Below, piece after piece: positions 33,001 to 46,448 of a stretch of DNA of 64,000 nucleotides; within the stretch, counting starts at the first letter, position 1; every line of letters starts with the position of its first letter. The position numbers and the translations under genes were made by a program. The stretch is taken from contig OZ249436.1 of NCBI GenBank assembly GCA_965235115.1, forward strand, positions 31,002,001 to 31,066,000, given 5' to 3'. This stretch comes from Laetmonice hystrix. Lineage: Eukaryota. Below the pieces are notes generated by a model. The model saw only the letters and a list, made by a program, of their open reading frames with translations, was not told the origin of the DNA and ran no database searches.

Positions 33001-35784
33001 GGAAACTACACCTACAGCGGGTTCTGTGTTGATCTACTTCACGAATTGGCGGAAAGACTTAAGTTTCGGTAAGTGGTGTTGCCTTTAGTTATAGCATCTT
33101 TACTGTACAATTACACTGGAGTATGGGAGCGGGATTGTCATAGAACTCTGTGGGAGAGTTCCAGTAAAGTTGTCGGAAATAGTTATCAAGGATTTACACC
33201 AGACAGAGTTAACGCTAACAACAGACGACTCTGCAATGACTGAACCAGTTGAACAAAGGAACATGTAATCACATGCAAGTACCCGTAACGTTTCAGATAA
33301 AAAAAAAACGTTTACAAAGACTGTAGTCTCTCCTGTTCAGTGAACCTGTTCACTGTAACAATAGGGTCATGTAGGTCGACTCATTGTTTAGATGAGTCGT
33401 AACGCCCTGGATCATGGGTGTAAGGTTAAAGGTCACGGTTATTCATTTGTGTGTGTTTTTTTTAATAACGTACAGCTATGAAGTCGTCTCGCCTAACCCT
33501 CCCGTTCTGGGTAAAGAAGTGGAGCCTGGCATTTGGACCGGCGAGATAGGCATGCTGATAAGTCAAGTGAGATATTCCAGATTTCAATCCTCGTTTTCCT
33601 ATTACACCGCTGACAGTATGTATGTATTTTGACGAGTGACAAAACTTAAACATGCCTTGGATCCATGCAGGAAATACATTTATCTTTTACGGTAATCCTG
33701 CAGAGCCGTAGTCTGGCCCAAATACGCAGGGGGCGGTGTCTTCTGTTCAGGTACCAGGTGTTAATTCCAGTCTCAATGTTGGGGGTCCAGTAGAAATCTC
33801 AAATTCCATGACTTTTCATGACTTTCCCTCGTTTTTCTATTTTCCATGATTTTTCCAAGTCTGGAAAACCAATTAAATTTTCCATCACTTTTCATGACAT
33901 GGGAACCCTGTGCAGAGCAGTGCTTCTTAGAACCTGTTAGACAAAATGCATGTCCCACTTTCCTTCATCTGTTGATTCCTTCAAGACAATGTCAACTTTA
34001 CCCATGGATGGAGCGGCCTATACCTAGACCTATATCCTTGGTTACACCTGTGCAGGCCAGGCGGTTATAAAAATTTAATTGGCAGTTGAAAAAATATAAA
34101 GCCTGGACTTCTGAAATCCTACAGCAGCACCGTTTACGACCTACCCTGTATTAACTCCTACAGGAAGCGAGCATGCTGGCTGGTCCGGCGACGATAGGCA
34201 TCGAACGAGCAGCTGTTGTCAGCTTCACGTCCTCCTTCATGGAGGATGCGGTGGGTATCATCATGAAGAGACCCCAGGGGGGCGAGGCGTCGTTCAACAA
34301 GATCTTCAACCCTTTCCACCACTTGGTGTGGCTGGCCGTCCTCCTCGCAGTGCTAGCCTTCAGTGGCATTCTCGCTTTTGTAAACTACATGAATCATTTC
34401 CACGTGAAGAAACTTGGAGCGGCCTCCGAGGAAGCAGTGAACTCGGGAACGGGCCAACTTCTAAGTAGGACTCTGTCGGATGTGAGCCACGACGCCCGAT
34501 ATTTTACCGGCGGCGAGAGTGCCTGGTTCGTTCTGACACAGTTCCTTGGGCAGTGTAAGTTGTCATATTATATCCACCGACAGAAGAAGTCAAAAACGAC
34601 AAAGACATGACGGATGGTTGTCATGTCAAAGATGTTTTGTCCTTCATAACAAAAATATACGTGGGTGCCCATTTTACGTGACATTGTGATGCACTTTTCT
34701 TCTTTTTTTTGTTTGCTTTTTAGCATATTGTTGAAGACTTTTTTTTCCTTTTTGGGGGATGTTGTCAGATGTTCCTTAACAAATTTACGCCCCCCCCCCT
34801 TCATTACGTCCTGGCTACGTCACTGACTATGATGCAACTTGTCTCTCCATAGATCTATAGGCCTACTGCCAGCAGAGTGTAGTATAATAATTAAATAACT
34901 GCACCATGTGGAAATCCACATGAGTACAGCTTTACTTATCTAATGACTTATAGCCCCCCAAATCGTGCGTGTTTAGACTCTCTCTCTCTCTATCTCATTT
35001 ACTCATATTTCTGAAGAAATTGCCGAGTAGGCATATTATCTGTTATTTCCACTGTTTCAGCAGCGACTATCTACCCGCGCGGGTGGTCGGCCAGGACACT
35101 AGTTGTCTTCTGGTGGATGTTCACCCTTCTAATCTTGGCCTACTACACGGCTAACCTCGCCGCCATTCTGACCGCGCCCCTCCCGGCACGGCACATCAAC
35201 ACATTGACGGAACTGGCTGAACAGGATCTCATTAAACCCCTCATCAAAAACTCCACAAACCTCGAACCACTATTTCGGGTAATGCATTGTCAATGAAATG
35301 ATGAGCCTTTGGTAAATATTATAATGGCAAGTAAACATTTTAAATTGCATGTAGGCCTACAGGTCGTTAGATTCACTATTTTTATGGCTGTGCTGAAAAG
35401 CTCGGGGGAATTTTCTTAGATAAACTCTCTCTATGTTTTTAAAAATTGACAATTACACTCATAATCTGTTTACACATATAGGATTCCAAGCCGAACGGCC
35501 TGTATGGACGCATCTGGTCAAAGCTAGCTGACATTGACCCTCTTCCGAACGACAACAGAGAGGCATTAGATATTGTGGACGAGACGGGCCAGTTCGCCTT
35601 CATGACTGACTCCAGCCAGCTCCAGTATGCCATGAGCCAGAACTGTGACTCGTACGTCATGGCCGACGAGCTCTTCTTCACCGCCAGACTGGCCTTCGCC
35701 ACGCCCCTCGACGCTCCCTACCTAAAGAAGATGTCAATCACGTGAGTCAGCCAATTACAGCTGCAAACAATTCTGGAATCTGGA

Positions 35785-35820
<36 letters not shown>

Positions 35821-36299
35821 AAAAAAGAAAGAAAAAGAGAGAAAGAAAAAGAGAAAGAGAGAAAAGAAAGAAAGAGAGAAAAGAAAGCAAGCAAGCAAGA
35901 AAGAAAGCAACAAAGAAAGAAAGCAACAAAGAAAGAAAGAAAGCAACAAAGAAAGAACATAGGCATAACAAGTGGCGCATGACAAGGGGCACGGGGTCTT
36001 CTCACAAAAAAAATTGGTTTTACCCATTTGCCCATTTTAGAATCGAAAAGATGCAAGAGGCGGGGTTGATAGACCGTCTACGACAGAAGTACTGGCCGAG
36101 TAATCCGTGCGCGAGGCCGGGTGGGCTGACCTCGACAAGCGTGTCCATGCAGCTAGATGACATCAGTGGGGCCTTCGTCGTCTGCCTGATCGCCATTGTA
36201 GTTGGAACAGTCGCTTTCCTTACTGAACGGTTCTGGTCACACAGACGTCGGCGGTCAGCCAGTGGGCCGGCGAACACTGTCGATATGGTCATGACGTGA
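30034..36299 (+). CDS. Divergent ionotropic glutamate receptor / IR-like subunit (gene 3), 13 exons, ~881 aa; paralog of gene 1
   Basis: Exons 30034-30139, 30300-30443, 30763-31044 (GC donor), 31410-31633, 31912-32115, 32247-32366, 32516-32752, 32959-33068, 33476-33566, 34164-34554, 35061-35278, 35482-35741, 36041-36299 (2646 nt). Signal peptide; KPFVF..YSGFCVDLLHELAERLKF; WTGEIGML; TIGIERAAVVSFT; YYTANLAAILT; FAFMTDS; KMQEAGLIDRLRQKYW..C; M4 ISGAFVV. Confidence 0.9.
35783..35957. repeat. (GAAA)n-type purine microsatellite
   Basis: Directly visible in the last intron of gene 3. Confidence 0.95.
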
Positions 36300-36420
36300 T
36301 CATGACGTCCGGACAGTGGGCCGGCGAACACTGTCGATATGGTCATGACGTGATCATGACGTCCGGACAGTGGGCCGGCGAACACTGTCGATATGGTCAT
36401 GACGTGATCATGACGTCCGG
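36260..36420. repeat. 54-bp tandem repeat, 3 copies, overlapping the gene 3 stop codon
   Basis: Unit cagtgggccggcgaacactgtcgatatggtcatgacgtgatcatgacgtccgga. Confidence 0.95.
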
Positions 36421-36668
36421 CTACACTCGCCGTCTAGGCGGGCTGATAGATGGGGTCACTCGTGGGGGGGGGGGGGGGGGGGGCAATCACACCCTGTCAA
36501 ACGTTATAGGCCTAATGTAGACAGGACTGTCTATAGTCCTTCGCTAGGCCTATTTCTGATCGACTCCCTTGCTCTGTCTGCCTTTTCTCTGTGGACCCCA
36601 ATCACATTACATAATAAGGGTAGGCCTATAACAAGTTGGGAAGGCTATAGGCCTACTTTATAGTGAAG

Positions 36669-36976
36669 CATATAGGCGGATCGGGGAGGGGGCAGAGGCC
36701 ACGTGCCCCTTTTAGCTTCCCTAATTCCTAATTATAGATTTATTCTCATTTTAAAATATTTTTGACATATTTAGATTATAGACATATCACACTGGCATAT
36801 AGGAACCGGTTGTCACATCGCCCCTTCGGCGCTTGAGGGCGCCCCCTTTCGTGCAGTGCCCCCCCCCCCCCTTTAGTCACGTTCCTACGCCGTTGCGTCA
36901 CATCTTGAGTGGACATGATTCCTGCGCCCCCCCCCCCCCCCCGCCTAAAGTTAGTGAAATCCTGGATCCGCCCGTG
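36669..36976. mobile_element. GGCGGATC-family MITE, 5-bp TSD
   Basis: catataggcggatc...gatccgcccgtg; TSD tgaag/tgaag. Confidence 0.7.
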
Positions 36977-37021
36977 TGAAGGTTGCCTGGCTTATGTAAG
37001 CTTATAGTATATGTGTAGATC

Positions 37022-37191
37022 TATGCTTTATACCCATATGCATGTACCTAGTATACCCTGTCTTGAATATGCATAGTGTATAAACATAGGGGTGCCCTAT
37101 ATATAGGCCTATTATGCTTTATACCCGTATGTACCTATTATATACCCTGTCTTGAATATGACTATAGTGTATAAACATATAGGGGTGCCCT
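37022..37191. repeat. ~90-bp-period imperfect tandem duplication
   Basis: tatgctttataccc..ataccctgtcttgaatatg..tagtgtataaacata..ggggtgccct occurs twice. Confidence 0.8.
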
Positions 37192-38503
37192 TAGGCTATT
37201 ATGAGTGTGTGTGTGTGTGTCTATAGCCTATTAATGTATTAGCTAGGCCTATATTTGACACATGCTAATTAGCATGTCGTCACTGGCTGATTAACCTCCA
37301 GATATAAATAGCCTACTACATGTACATATGATCGAATATATAGGCAACGTAGTGATTTACGTTCTTTCTGAGAGCCCATAGGGTTATATAGGCATATATA
37401 TTTAGACTTTTAGTGTTCCTTTAATAATTGGTTTTCTTTCCTCTTTTAATCAATTGAGAATTTTCTCACGAAAGGCCCCTCTCCGATAGCTTTGAGCATG
37501 TTGTCACTGTCGGTCTAAGGACAGTTTTGTATACGTGAATCCATCTCGGGACTTGATACTGGCGCCTGTGAGGATTCAAACAATTTGAGTTTATGAGTGG
37601 TGGGTAAACTGGATGTCGGCCTTCCACGTTGAACATCCCCCTGACGTCACAGGTTGACATTACTACCTACTGGAGCGCCACCTTGTGTATCGAGCTTGTA
37701 CTACAGTTGATGGGAGAAAATTCCAACATCCAACAGCTACGTCTCCATGATTCCCGCCAGCTATGTTTGTGAAGCAGGGCCGTGCGCGACCGGTGCGCAG
37801 GTTGGGCAGTGGCGGACCCAGCGGGGGGGCTCTGGGGGCTTAAGCCCCCCCCTCCCCGCAGCTGACTCCTAGGTTATCATTTTGAGGTGTGTCTATGGCA
37901 TACAAAGGCCTACATCAAGCCCCCTCCCTGGATCCGATCCTGGTGGGGGGGTTGGGGGGTTCGGGGTGTCTATAACCCCCCCCCCCCTCCAAAACGTAGG
38001 TTATAGGGGCTTGACACCTCACAAGAAAGATTCTTGAAAGTTATCACTTTTGACATGTCATTTCAGACCATATTTTGTGCTCTAAGATGCGCCAAATGTC
38101 ACCAAATTACACATTAAATTTCAAAATTTTCCGGGACGCCCCCGGACCACCTCGCATGGGTTCCCCCGGCCTGGTTTAAAAAAAAAATCCTGCAGGTGGC
38201 CCTGCGAAGGGCGGCTTTAATAATGGAATCAATTTAACCATTCACACCACAAGGTTCACTTCTATAAACTTTATTTCTTTAAATCTTTGGTCATGGTTCT
38301 GTCTTATCGATAGAGGATTTGAACAGATATTTTTTTTCTACGTGTATGGTTTTGGACTAGAAGATAGTACATGCTATGAATACGTTTCATAACAGATATT
38401 ATGTCATCGAACAGTACAGATGTACATATAGGTAATAATATACTTTAATATGCACAACTTTGGCTCATCTTGCAGTTACCACCATGGCACCATCTTTAAT
38501 TGA

Positions 38504-38851
38504 CAGGGGCGGATTCAGGGGGGGGGGGGGGGGGTCCAAATCCTTCTTTTTGGTCAGAAAAATCTAGGCTATCGGTGCAATAGGTCAATAGGTCTGATGC
38601 AAAAATTCCATTAGTCTACAACTGCAGCATTTTATACAGACAGTGTGGTATTTTTCACGATGAGGCCTTGTGAAACTGTCAAAATAGCATTTTTTGGCCT
38701 TCTAAATTCAAATATTTTCTTGGGGAGAACCCCCATACCCCCGCGCATGAACCATATCATATTCCGACTTCACGTAATGTCATTACGTCATAATTATAAC
38801 ATATTGGACCATCCCCCCCCCCTTTTTTCAAAAAAGCTGGATCCGCCCCTG
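38504..38851. mobile_element. CAGGGGCGGAT-family MITE, 5-bp TSD
   Basis: caggggcggattcag...ctggatccgcccctg; TSD attga/attga. Confidence 0.8.
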
Positions 38852-41531
38852 ATTGACATGCATAATACATCAATATTACTGTTTAAACATGCCTTACTTC
38901 TTCAGCACGGCAGTTCCAATGTTTATTACATCAAGCAGAAAGCGGTATATCCCCCTGGTAACTTAACCCCCACAAAATTTGGTCAGAAGTAAAGATCCAT
39001 AGCCCTGACCTTTTCCCTAACCCCTACTCCTTCCAAAAACATATATCCCTATCCTATCCCTAGCCCTATCCCTGGCCTTAACCCAAACCCCTACTTACAA
39101 ATTTGTCTGGAAGTTACCATGGGGTAATAACCCAGAAAGCCTATGATGTTCACACAGTAACGATACTTTTCATTTTAACCGTTTATCAGTCCTTCAATGA
39201 ACTTCTCACAAATCTTTGTTCCCAAGATACATTTTTACATACACACAAGGAATGTACACAATGCGGTATAAAAACAATTTATGCTATAAAAATACTGGCA
39301 GTTTGCTACAAAACCTGCAGCCGAGAATATATAGCCTACAAATCGTTATACGCTGTATTTATTACCTAGTTCAAAGTATAATCTGCAGTACATGAAAATA
39401 TCTTGTCATTGACAAGTGTAACACTGATACTCAAGTTGCTTGGAACCAATATGGATACGATATATATATCAGCTTTTGATGCAACTTTGAAGCATCACGG
39501 ATGGACCAGCATTTATTTCCGGCATATATATAAGCTTTTACTACCGTAGTCCACATTAGGACAATAGGCCTACCTCACTGCACCCTTGCCCATTGATAGA
39601 GGCTATCACAGTACACCTAGAATTCCTAAGATTACTTGATGATGGTCATGCACCTCCAGAGATTCCAGCTCTACCACAGCAATGTACCGTGGTGTACGGA
39701 ATGTTGCACTAAACATGATAGAAAACGGATATAGTAAGCCACTACATGTACAGGCAACTCTTTGGCAATATGAAGATTTCTTTGCATTACACATACGATA
39801 TAGGTGTGGACCTTCAATTTATGAGCCCGTCCAACCTTTGTCCTTCTAGAATACGTACTTATTTGCAAGCAAGTCATAACGAAAAAATAAACAGAGAAAA
39901 AAATAAAAGCATTCTTTAATATAACATTCCTTCCTAGTTTTAATTCCTTGAAACAAAATATATGCGTTTACAAGACAAAATGTACTTGTTCAATGTTGCA
40001 GTAGTATGACAGGGTACAAAATAATGCTGCGGTCTTTTCAGTGTTTTTCATTGAAAAATCACCCCCGCCTGACAACAAAAACAAACAAACATACAGACAC
40101 AAATACCCCAACAACTCCACTTGATGACTTAGCTCAGTACGAATTTTACACATTCAAGTATACCGGGATGCAGGCAAAATCTATTTGCAGTTAGTAACCG
40201 TTCTCGTGAATTAAACACTCGATTAACTGACTTTTCTCTCCCCCCCCCGCTGGTTTGGCTCAAGTCTTGACACCACTTTGTTGTCACACAAGGAAAGATA
40301 TTTAGTAGAATTACACAAATAGTGCTGTACAAAATGCGGCTCTGAAGCGCCTATTGGACTAGGAAGTCACTCTTTGGCCATCAAAAGACTTACAAGTGCA
40401 ATCGTTAATAATAATACTGTATCCCCGAGCTAGAATCACCATCCATGGAGACCTTAACACAATAAGGATGGACGATGGTTGAGCATTCTCGTTTTAACAG
40501 TTTCACCTTATGCACACAATAATCAGAGGAAGTTTTACACATTGTTCAACCACGTCAGCCTTAGGCAAGCATACCACCTACAACAATGCGATGTCATGTG
40601 GCCATGAGCAATAGACACTACACAAATCCTTTTAGTTTTACTCATAGTTAACAGTTCACTGGACGCATAATGTGATATGTTGAATGGAAAAGATAACCAG
40701 CTGTATGAAAAGTATTGAAAAACAATTAAAGGCATATAATTTAACTCATTTAAGAAATCAGACTTTTTCTTCTATGTCAAGGGGGCAGGACTCATAAAGA
40801 AACTTTGGAAAATCATAATGTGGCATCGGTTAAGAGCTGACAATTCACAATAAATTCTGTGAAATATCACAAACTGAAAATTTGTTTTTGTGAGATTCGC
40901 AGATGTTTTCCATAGATCATGGGTTTGGACGTATTCTCACACTTCTCCCTCCTATACTGATAACGAGATCAGAAGGGGACTGGTCCTGGCGACCGTTAAT
41001 ATTTTCTCCCAAATCAGAATAACCATGCTTGTGTAACATATCACAAACAGGACTGCACACCAATATTGCGTAATTAATCAAATAAAACAAATAATTTAAA
41101 AATAACAACATTGCGTAACAAGAGAATAGTCATATCACGTGCCGACCTGCTCACTGAAATGGTATTGTATAAACATGACTAACCATGACAATTCAAGTTG
41201 ATGTCCATCAAAAACATGTCACCCATGTATTATTATAATATCCAGCAGTGGTGTAAAGAAGTTTGTAACATTCAACAAGTACGAAGAGAGAATTAATGAC
41301 TGTTTGGAGGGAACATTATTATATCCAATTAGTACAGAAACGCATGTTTTGGATTCGAAGCATGTTGATAGAATCAGATAGCAACAAGAGAAAATAGGCC
41401 TTCCTTGCACATAAAAAATATTTTCTGGCAACATAAACACACCATTTTAACATTAAAACACACCTTTTTGAGGAAAAAAGGTTGATTTCAACACTGATAA
41501 ACACCTATCCCTTTCACTGCACTCTCACTTC

Positions 41532-43532
41532 TCACTGCCACTTTTGAAGGTTTATCTTGTTCTGTTTCTCAAAATATTTCTTAAATGAGGCAGGGTAAGG
41601 AAATGGCCACTCGAACTCATTGGGCACAATACCATTACATTTGGATTCAAAGTATGAAAACATTGGAAACCAAATCCGGGTTCGTCTGTGATCTTGCTGC
41701 ATAAGTGCACGATTGTTTGCGAGCGAATGGTAGTAAAGGAAGAGTCGAGAAGTAATGTAGAATGCCACAAATACATCAATGGAATAGTGCTCATGGGCTG
41801 CCAGTATGAAGAACACACCGAAGATGTTCAGGATCCAGGTGGTTGTATGCAACCAGTACATTGACCTTGGAGTATCTGCAAAACATTACAACCGGACCGT
41901 CAGCTGTCATCATGTTGATCTAAAGGCCTAATTCAGAAGAATGGGCTCCTGATACGACGCAAGTAAAAAAGAAATACCCGATGACTAAATGCTGCACTCA
42001 ATACATTTAGTATGATTATGTTAAGAGGGTACTTACATTCCGTGATAAAAAAGTTCAGCAGGGTTACAACCACTGTATGGCCACTAAACATGTAGTCACC
42101 ACAGGTACGCACTCCTCTCAGTGACATTCCACAGCCTTGCCAGATCTTCAATGCCCTTTCTATCTGTGACCAAATGTCACCTGGAGTCTGCAATTTGGAA
42201 GTCTTCAACTTAATTCATATTCAACCAAACCTTTGATCAAGTTTTTTTAACTCTGACAAAGTGACACAGAATGTACCCTCATGTATACCACAAAGTAACA
42301 AAAGGTGCAAGGCAAAATGGCAACCCCTCTTTTTCTACATATATGAAACCACACAAAAACAACTACACAAAATATATAATCAAAATGATACTTTCTGATC
42401 AGGTGACACTGTAACTAAGCTAGTCAAGCGACTAGCACAGGTTTGGTCACAAGGTAAGTAAACGGTAAATTTTTATTTAATTTTATTCATATCTCCCTAG
42501 CAGAGTGAGCATCAACCTACCTTAGGTTCACATTTGAGGTGGATACCAGGTACAGATAATGAGGTTATGAGCATAGTGACACATCTCAGTAGGAAGACTG
42601 TCCCCGCCATTGAAAACATCCTTCTTAGAAGTATGAATCTGAAATCAATATAAAGAGTTTACAGGTAATAAAATTCATCAAGACTAACATTACTAGAATA
42701 CATTTCAAGACTACTAGAATACATTTCACTATCATTTTATTCTAACTTAAATCTAACTCTAGTATGATTGCTCTGTTAAGGGAATACCTTGCCAAACATA
42801 TAAAAATGAAACCTGATCTGTTCACTTTGCATTTCAAATTGTACACTCATACAATTAAATATTTGCATTAACAAAAAGACCTATCTAAAACAAATTACAA
42901 ATGCCTTACCTGTGTTTATGGAAGAAAAGAATGATGGTCCATACTATCAGTAGAATGAGTCCTGTAAATTCACACATTTCAAAAGCCCACGGCACGTATG
43001 GCATATTATCTAGGACAATATCTGGTAAAGGGGGGTACTTCTTTGTATCTGGAACCCGGTCGTGAACAATTACCATCACAAAAGATGTTAGCAGAAAGGC
43101 AGAAAACATGTAGACGTAGGCAATCACAAGTTTCCTATATTCTGGTTCCAATCTCTGTGAGCGTTTTCCTTCCTTTCCATTCAGAAGTTCAATGTCATTA
43201 CTCTCTTCAGAGAGTCCTGAGCACTCACTGTCAAGTCTCCTTGGAGGCAGAGGTTCATTTGGAAATTTTTGGCCATAGTTACAAAGCAGAGAATGACTTT
43301 GTAATCTGTTGCTACCAGAGCGTAGTTTGTGTATGTGAAACATGAGTCGTTTACGATCTCCTAACACTTTTATTTCACATGGTGGTGCACTTAGATCATC
43401 TTCACACAATAAAAGCAGGGCAGCCCCATCTATCCTATGTTGAACACATAATAAACTGATGTATGAGGAGAAGCCATTCTCCTGCAGCCATTCTTTCACG
43501 TCTTCAATTGTCCATGAATCTACTCCGGCCAT
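41532..43532 (-). CDS. SAMD8: Sphingomyelin synthase-related protein SMSr (SAM-domain ceramide phosphoethanolamine synthase), ~411 aa
   Basis: Coding exons 42910-43532, 42521-42638, 42037-42187, 41532-41875. SAM domain [60 protein letters not shown]; catalytic [10 protein letters not shown] and [11 protein letters not shown] likely upstream exon ends at 45166 and could add MKGVG in frame. Confidence 0.95.
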
Positions 43533-43665
43533 ACCGACTCTGCAATCAAGATAAGAATGGCCTACATGTACCGGTACTAAGGAAAAAAGCTCTGAACAAA
43601 TAGGAAATGCAAGCTCTCATAAATTTATTCTTGAAATGATTTAATTAAATCCATTTTATAATGAT

Positions 43666-44051
43666 CAGTGCTGCAAACAGACAGTTGCCCACTCGCCCAA
43701 GGCCACCAAGTCTTTCAGTGGTCGACAAAAACGTCTGTAAGACTCACCCACTTTGGGGACTAAGGACCTGGGCCGAGAGAGGGGGGAGCACAGGTTTAAA
43801 ACGCATCAAGAGGTACCGACCCACCACGTTGAAAGATGGGAAAAGATGGATTTCAGTTGGAGGAGGGAGAGGAGGGGTGGAGGGCTAAAAGGTGGGGTAG
43901 GTCTTTCAGAGCCTAAAAGCCATTTATAAATTTAAAATATGGTCTCTCTCATTGTTAAGTTGGACCACCAATATTTGGGGTGGACCACTAAGTATCTGGA
44001 CTTACTGGTCTGGTCTAACCACCAAGTTGGTGAAACCTGTTTGCAGCACTG
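43666..44051. mobile_element. CAG...CTG MITE, 6-bp TSD
   Basis: Perfect TIR cagtgctgcaaacag / ctgtttgcagcactg; TSD aatgat/aatgat. Confidence 0.85.
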
Positions 44052-45165
44052 AATGATTATGACTGATCTTTTAAAACCACTAATCTGCCCTAAGGCCTAA
44101 CCCTAGGCAATTCAGAACTTTTCATCCATCAAATCCGGTTTACCTTTTAGTTTTATTAAATCTTTGACTAAGGTAAGAGTTAGATTAATTATTACAATGT
44201 ATAACTACCAGTATAACTCTATATATAAGCTCAAACTCGCTATAACAATTTCACTGCTCTAGTCTAGAGCACGTGCAAGTCTAGACAAGTTGGAAATGAC
44301 AATGAAGCCAAAACCCCAAATTACTTTCCCTTGGTCTGGGGCTGACTTGCAAGCACCTACCTGGCAACTCGAAACAGGACTGTATGGCTATGTTAAATAA
44401 CATATATCTATAAATAATGGTAGTAAAAAAAAAAAAAAGCAGAGCTGATTCCCTTCTAATTCTATTACTAACTATTACTAGTATTACTATTAATATTACA
44501 CACACAGTCATACTCTATCATGGCTAAGTATCAGTGACATACACAAGACTAAGTAAGTGCCAGTGAAAGTGACTGAGTGACTCATTCAGCAGCGAGTTTG
44601 ACATTCTGATTAATCCGAACCAAGTGAACGGTCTTAAAAAAGGAGAGCAGGACAGTGAGCATGGTGGTGAGACTGTTAGTGTTGTGTTAGGCTACTGAAT
44701 AATACTGGGCGAGGGTAAGGCTAAGACTAAGCTAAACAAATAAATATTTAATATAAGTAACAACACTCAACACAACAGCAGTACACACACTGACACTGTA
44801 CAGTAGTACTAGTCTAGTCTAGACACACAGTCACAGTAACACTACTTGTAACCTTTTACAACTTGAGTGCCTGACTCTAACGTCAAGAAGTGCTATTCTG
44901 CAGTGCGCGTACAAATTGTTGGTGACTCAAGTAAGTCACGCGAACGCGCAACCCGGAGCCGAGACCGACTCGTGTCACCGTGTCACTCACCCGGCTCCCG
45001 TCCAACCACTCACCGACTGCAGAGTCCACAAAACAGCGAACAGTCAGCCAACAGCTTACTCCGTCAATATACGTCTTAGGAACTCAAACCGATCCCTTTC
45101 TTGATCTTAGTGTAGACTCTGACTCCTACAAGTTGCCACCAGAACAAACTCTATCGTAATCTTAC

Positions 45166-45690
45166 CCTTTCATTCGTATGATGAAGTCAAAGTGTACAAA
45201 ACTAATGCGGAGATCCAAACATCATCGTCTGCTCGGCGCCATGTTGATCTCCCAGGTTGCATGAATGCTGGGAAAATTTGACAAAATTAATGTAATCTTT
45301 ATTTCGCTATTATAATTAACAACTATCACAAACATAGAGTGATTATCAATTGCTATAAGTTTTATGGTCCAGTTCATAATTCTAATGATTCTGAATGAAA
45401 TCTCGAACCCGTGCGTACGTAGCTGCGACCCCCGTGACTCGTCCTCTTGCTGTTTTGGGCAAACGAGGTTGCGTGAAGGCGTGAGGAATACCGAGTGGTC
45501 GAAGTTTCTGCTTCGTGCAAATATAATTTCAGGTCTGTATTTTATTTGTGGAGCTGCCAGATAATTAAGGTTTTTGTTTGTTCCCCATGATCATGTTTAA
45601 CAGCCCTGTTTACGTATATGACCACGTTGAGCATCAGCCGGCTGCATTGTCCATCGACATCGTCCGTATTCAACATGGCGTCCTTCGTGC
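45166..45690. promoter_or_regulatory. Putative bidirectional promoter / first exons of SAMD8 (-) and VDAC (+)
   Basis: Minus-strand donor AAGG/gtaag at 45166/45165; AACATGGCG (YY1-like) motifs on opposite strands at ~45237-45245 and ~45672-45680; CpG-containing, repeat-free stretch between the divergent genes. The VDAC first exon is not pinned down. Confidence 0.45.
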
Positions 45691-46173
45691 GTGACCTTGT
45701 CCGAAGGACTCCTTGACGGACGGTTCTTTTCACTTTTTCGAAGTCATTATTTTATTTAAATCGGGAGTAGTAAAGGAAAAATATACATCAGACATCCCAG
45801 ATTTAGTTTTAGTCGTGACAACAGAATAGACTGTTTGATATCAGTCAAGTTTGTCAGTCATGGGATGGGCAATGATCGGGCTGAGTCTCGAGTCATTGAG
45901 TGTGACGGTGTGGACGGTGTCACTCGGTCACAGTCACACTCGTAGTCGTAACGTTACAGGTGTTGAGTGGGTGCCGTACCTAGCATTCTGTTCACTGTGA
46001 GCAAGTTTGTTACCAGAAAAACCCAATTATTGTCGACCTCTACTATAACAAATTTGATTTCAATATAGAGCTAACTGCATGTAAAACTAAAGCCGTAACG
46101 TTAGAGACTAGGGTTGCCGGCTTAAGTTAACTCTTGGGTTAAACTAGTCTGAGAAACTCTGACTCTTATTCTT

Positions 46174-46448
46174 AAGCCGTGTTTCCATGTGTGCGTTTGC
46201 GTTATATCTGATTCCGTTTTCCGATTCTCCCCATGTGTCCATTGGATTCTATGGTGCTAGTCTGTTTCCCGATCTAAAAACGGATGGATCGCTCCAAGAA
46301 GCGATCCAGAATCGGGGAAACGGACTCAGAAAACGGGATCGGACAACAAAACGTACACGTGGAAACGCTCCCATAGAAAATAGGCATGGGCGATATCAAA
46401 TCGGATTTGGAAAACGGAATCGGAAATGCACAGATGGCAATGCGGCTT
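46174..46448. mobile_element. Foldback MITE (aagccgtgtttccat...atggcaatgcggctt)
   Basis: Imperfect long inverted repeats with internal gattccgttttcc/gaaaacggaatc motifs. Confidence 0.55.

Noticed and set aside
35742..36040. Lys/Glu/Arg-rich N-terminal part of ORF 35742-36299
   Set aside because: It is an intronic (GAAA)n tract; the coding exon starts at the acceptor at 36041.
38945..39130. Telomere-like ccctaa/ccctat repeats
   Set aside because: Degenerate, short and enclosed by inverted ends (ctggtaactt / aagttaccat); more likely a small foldback repeat than a telomeric site.
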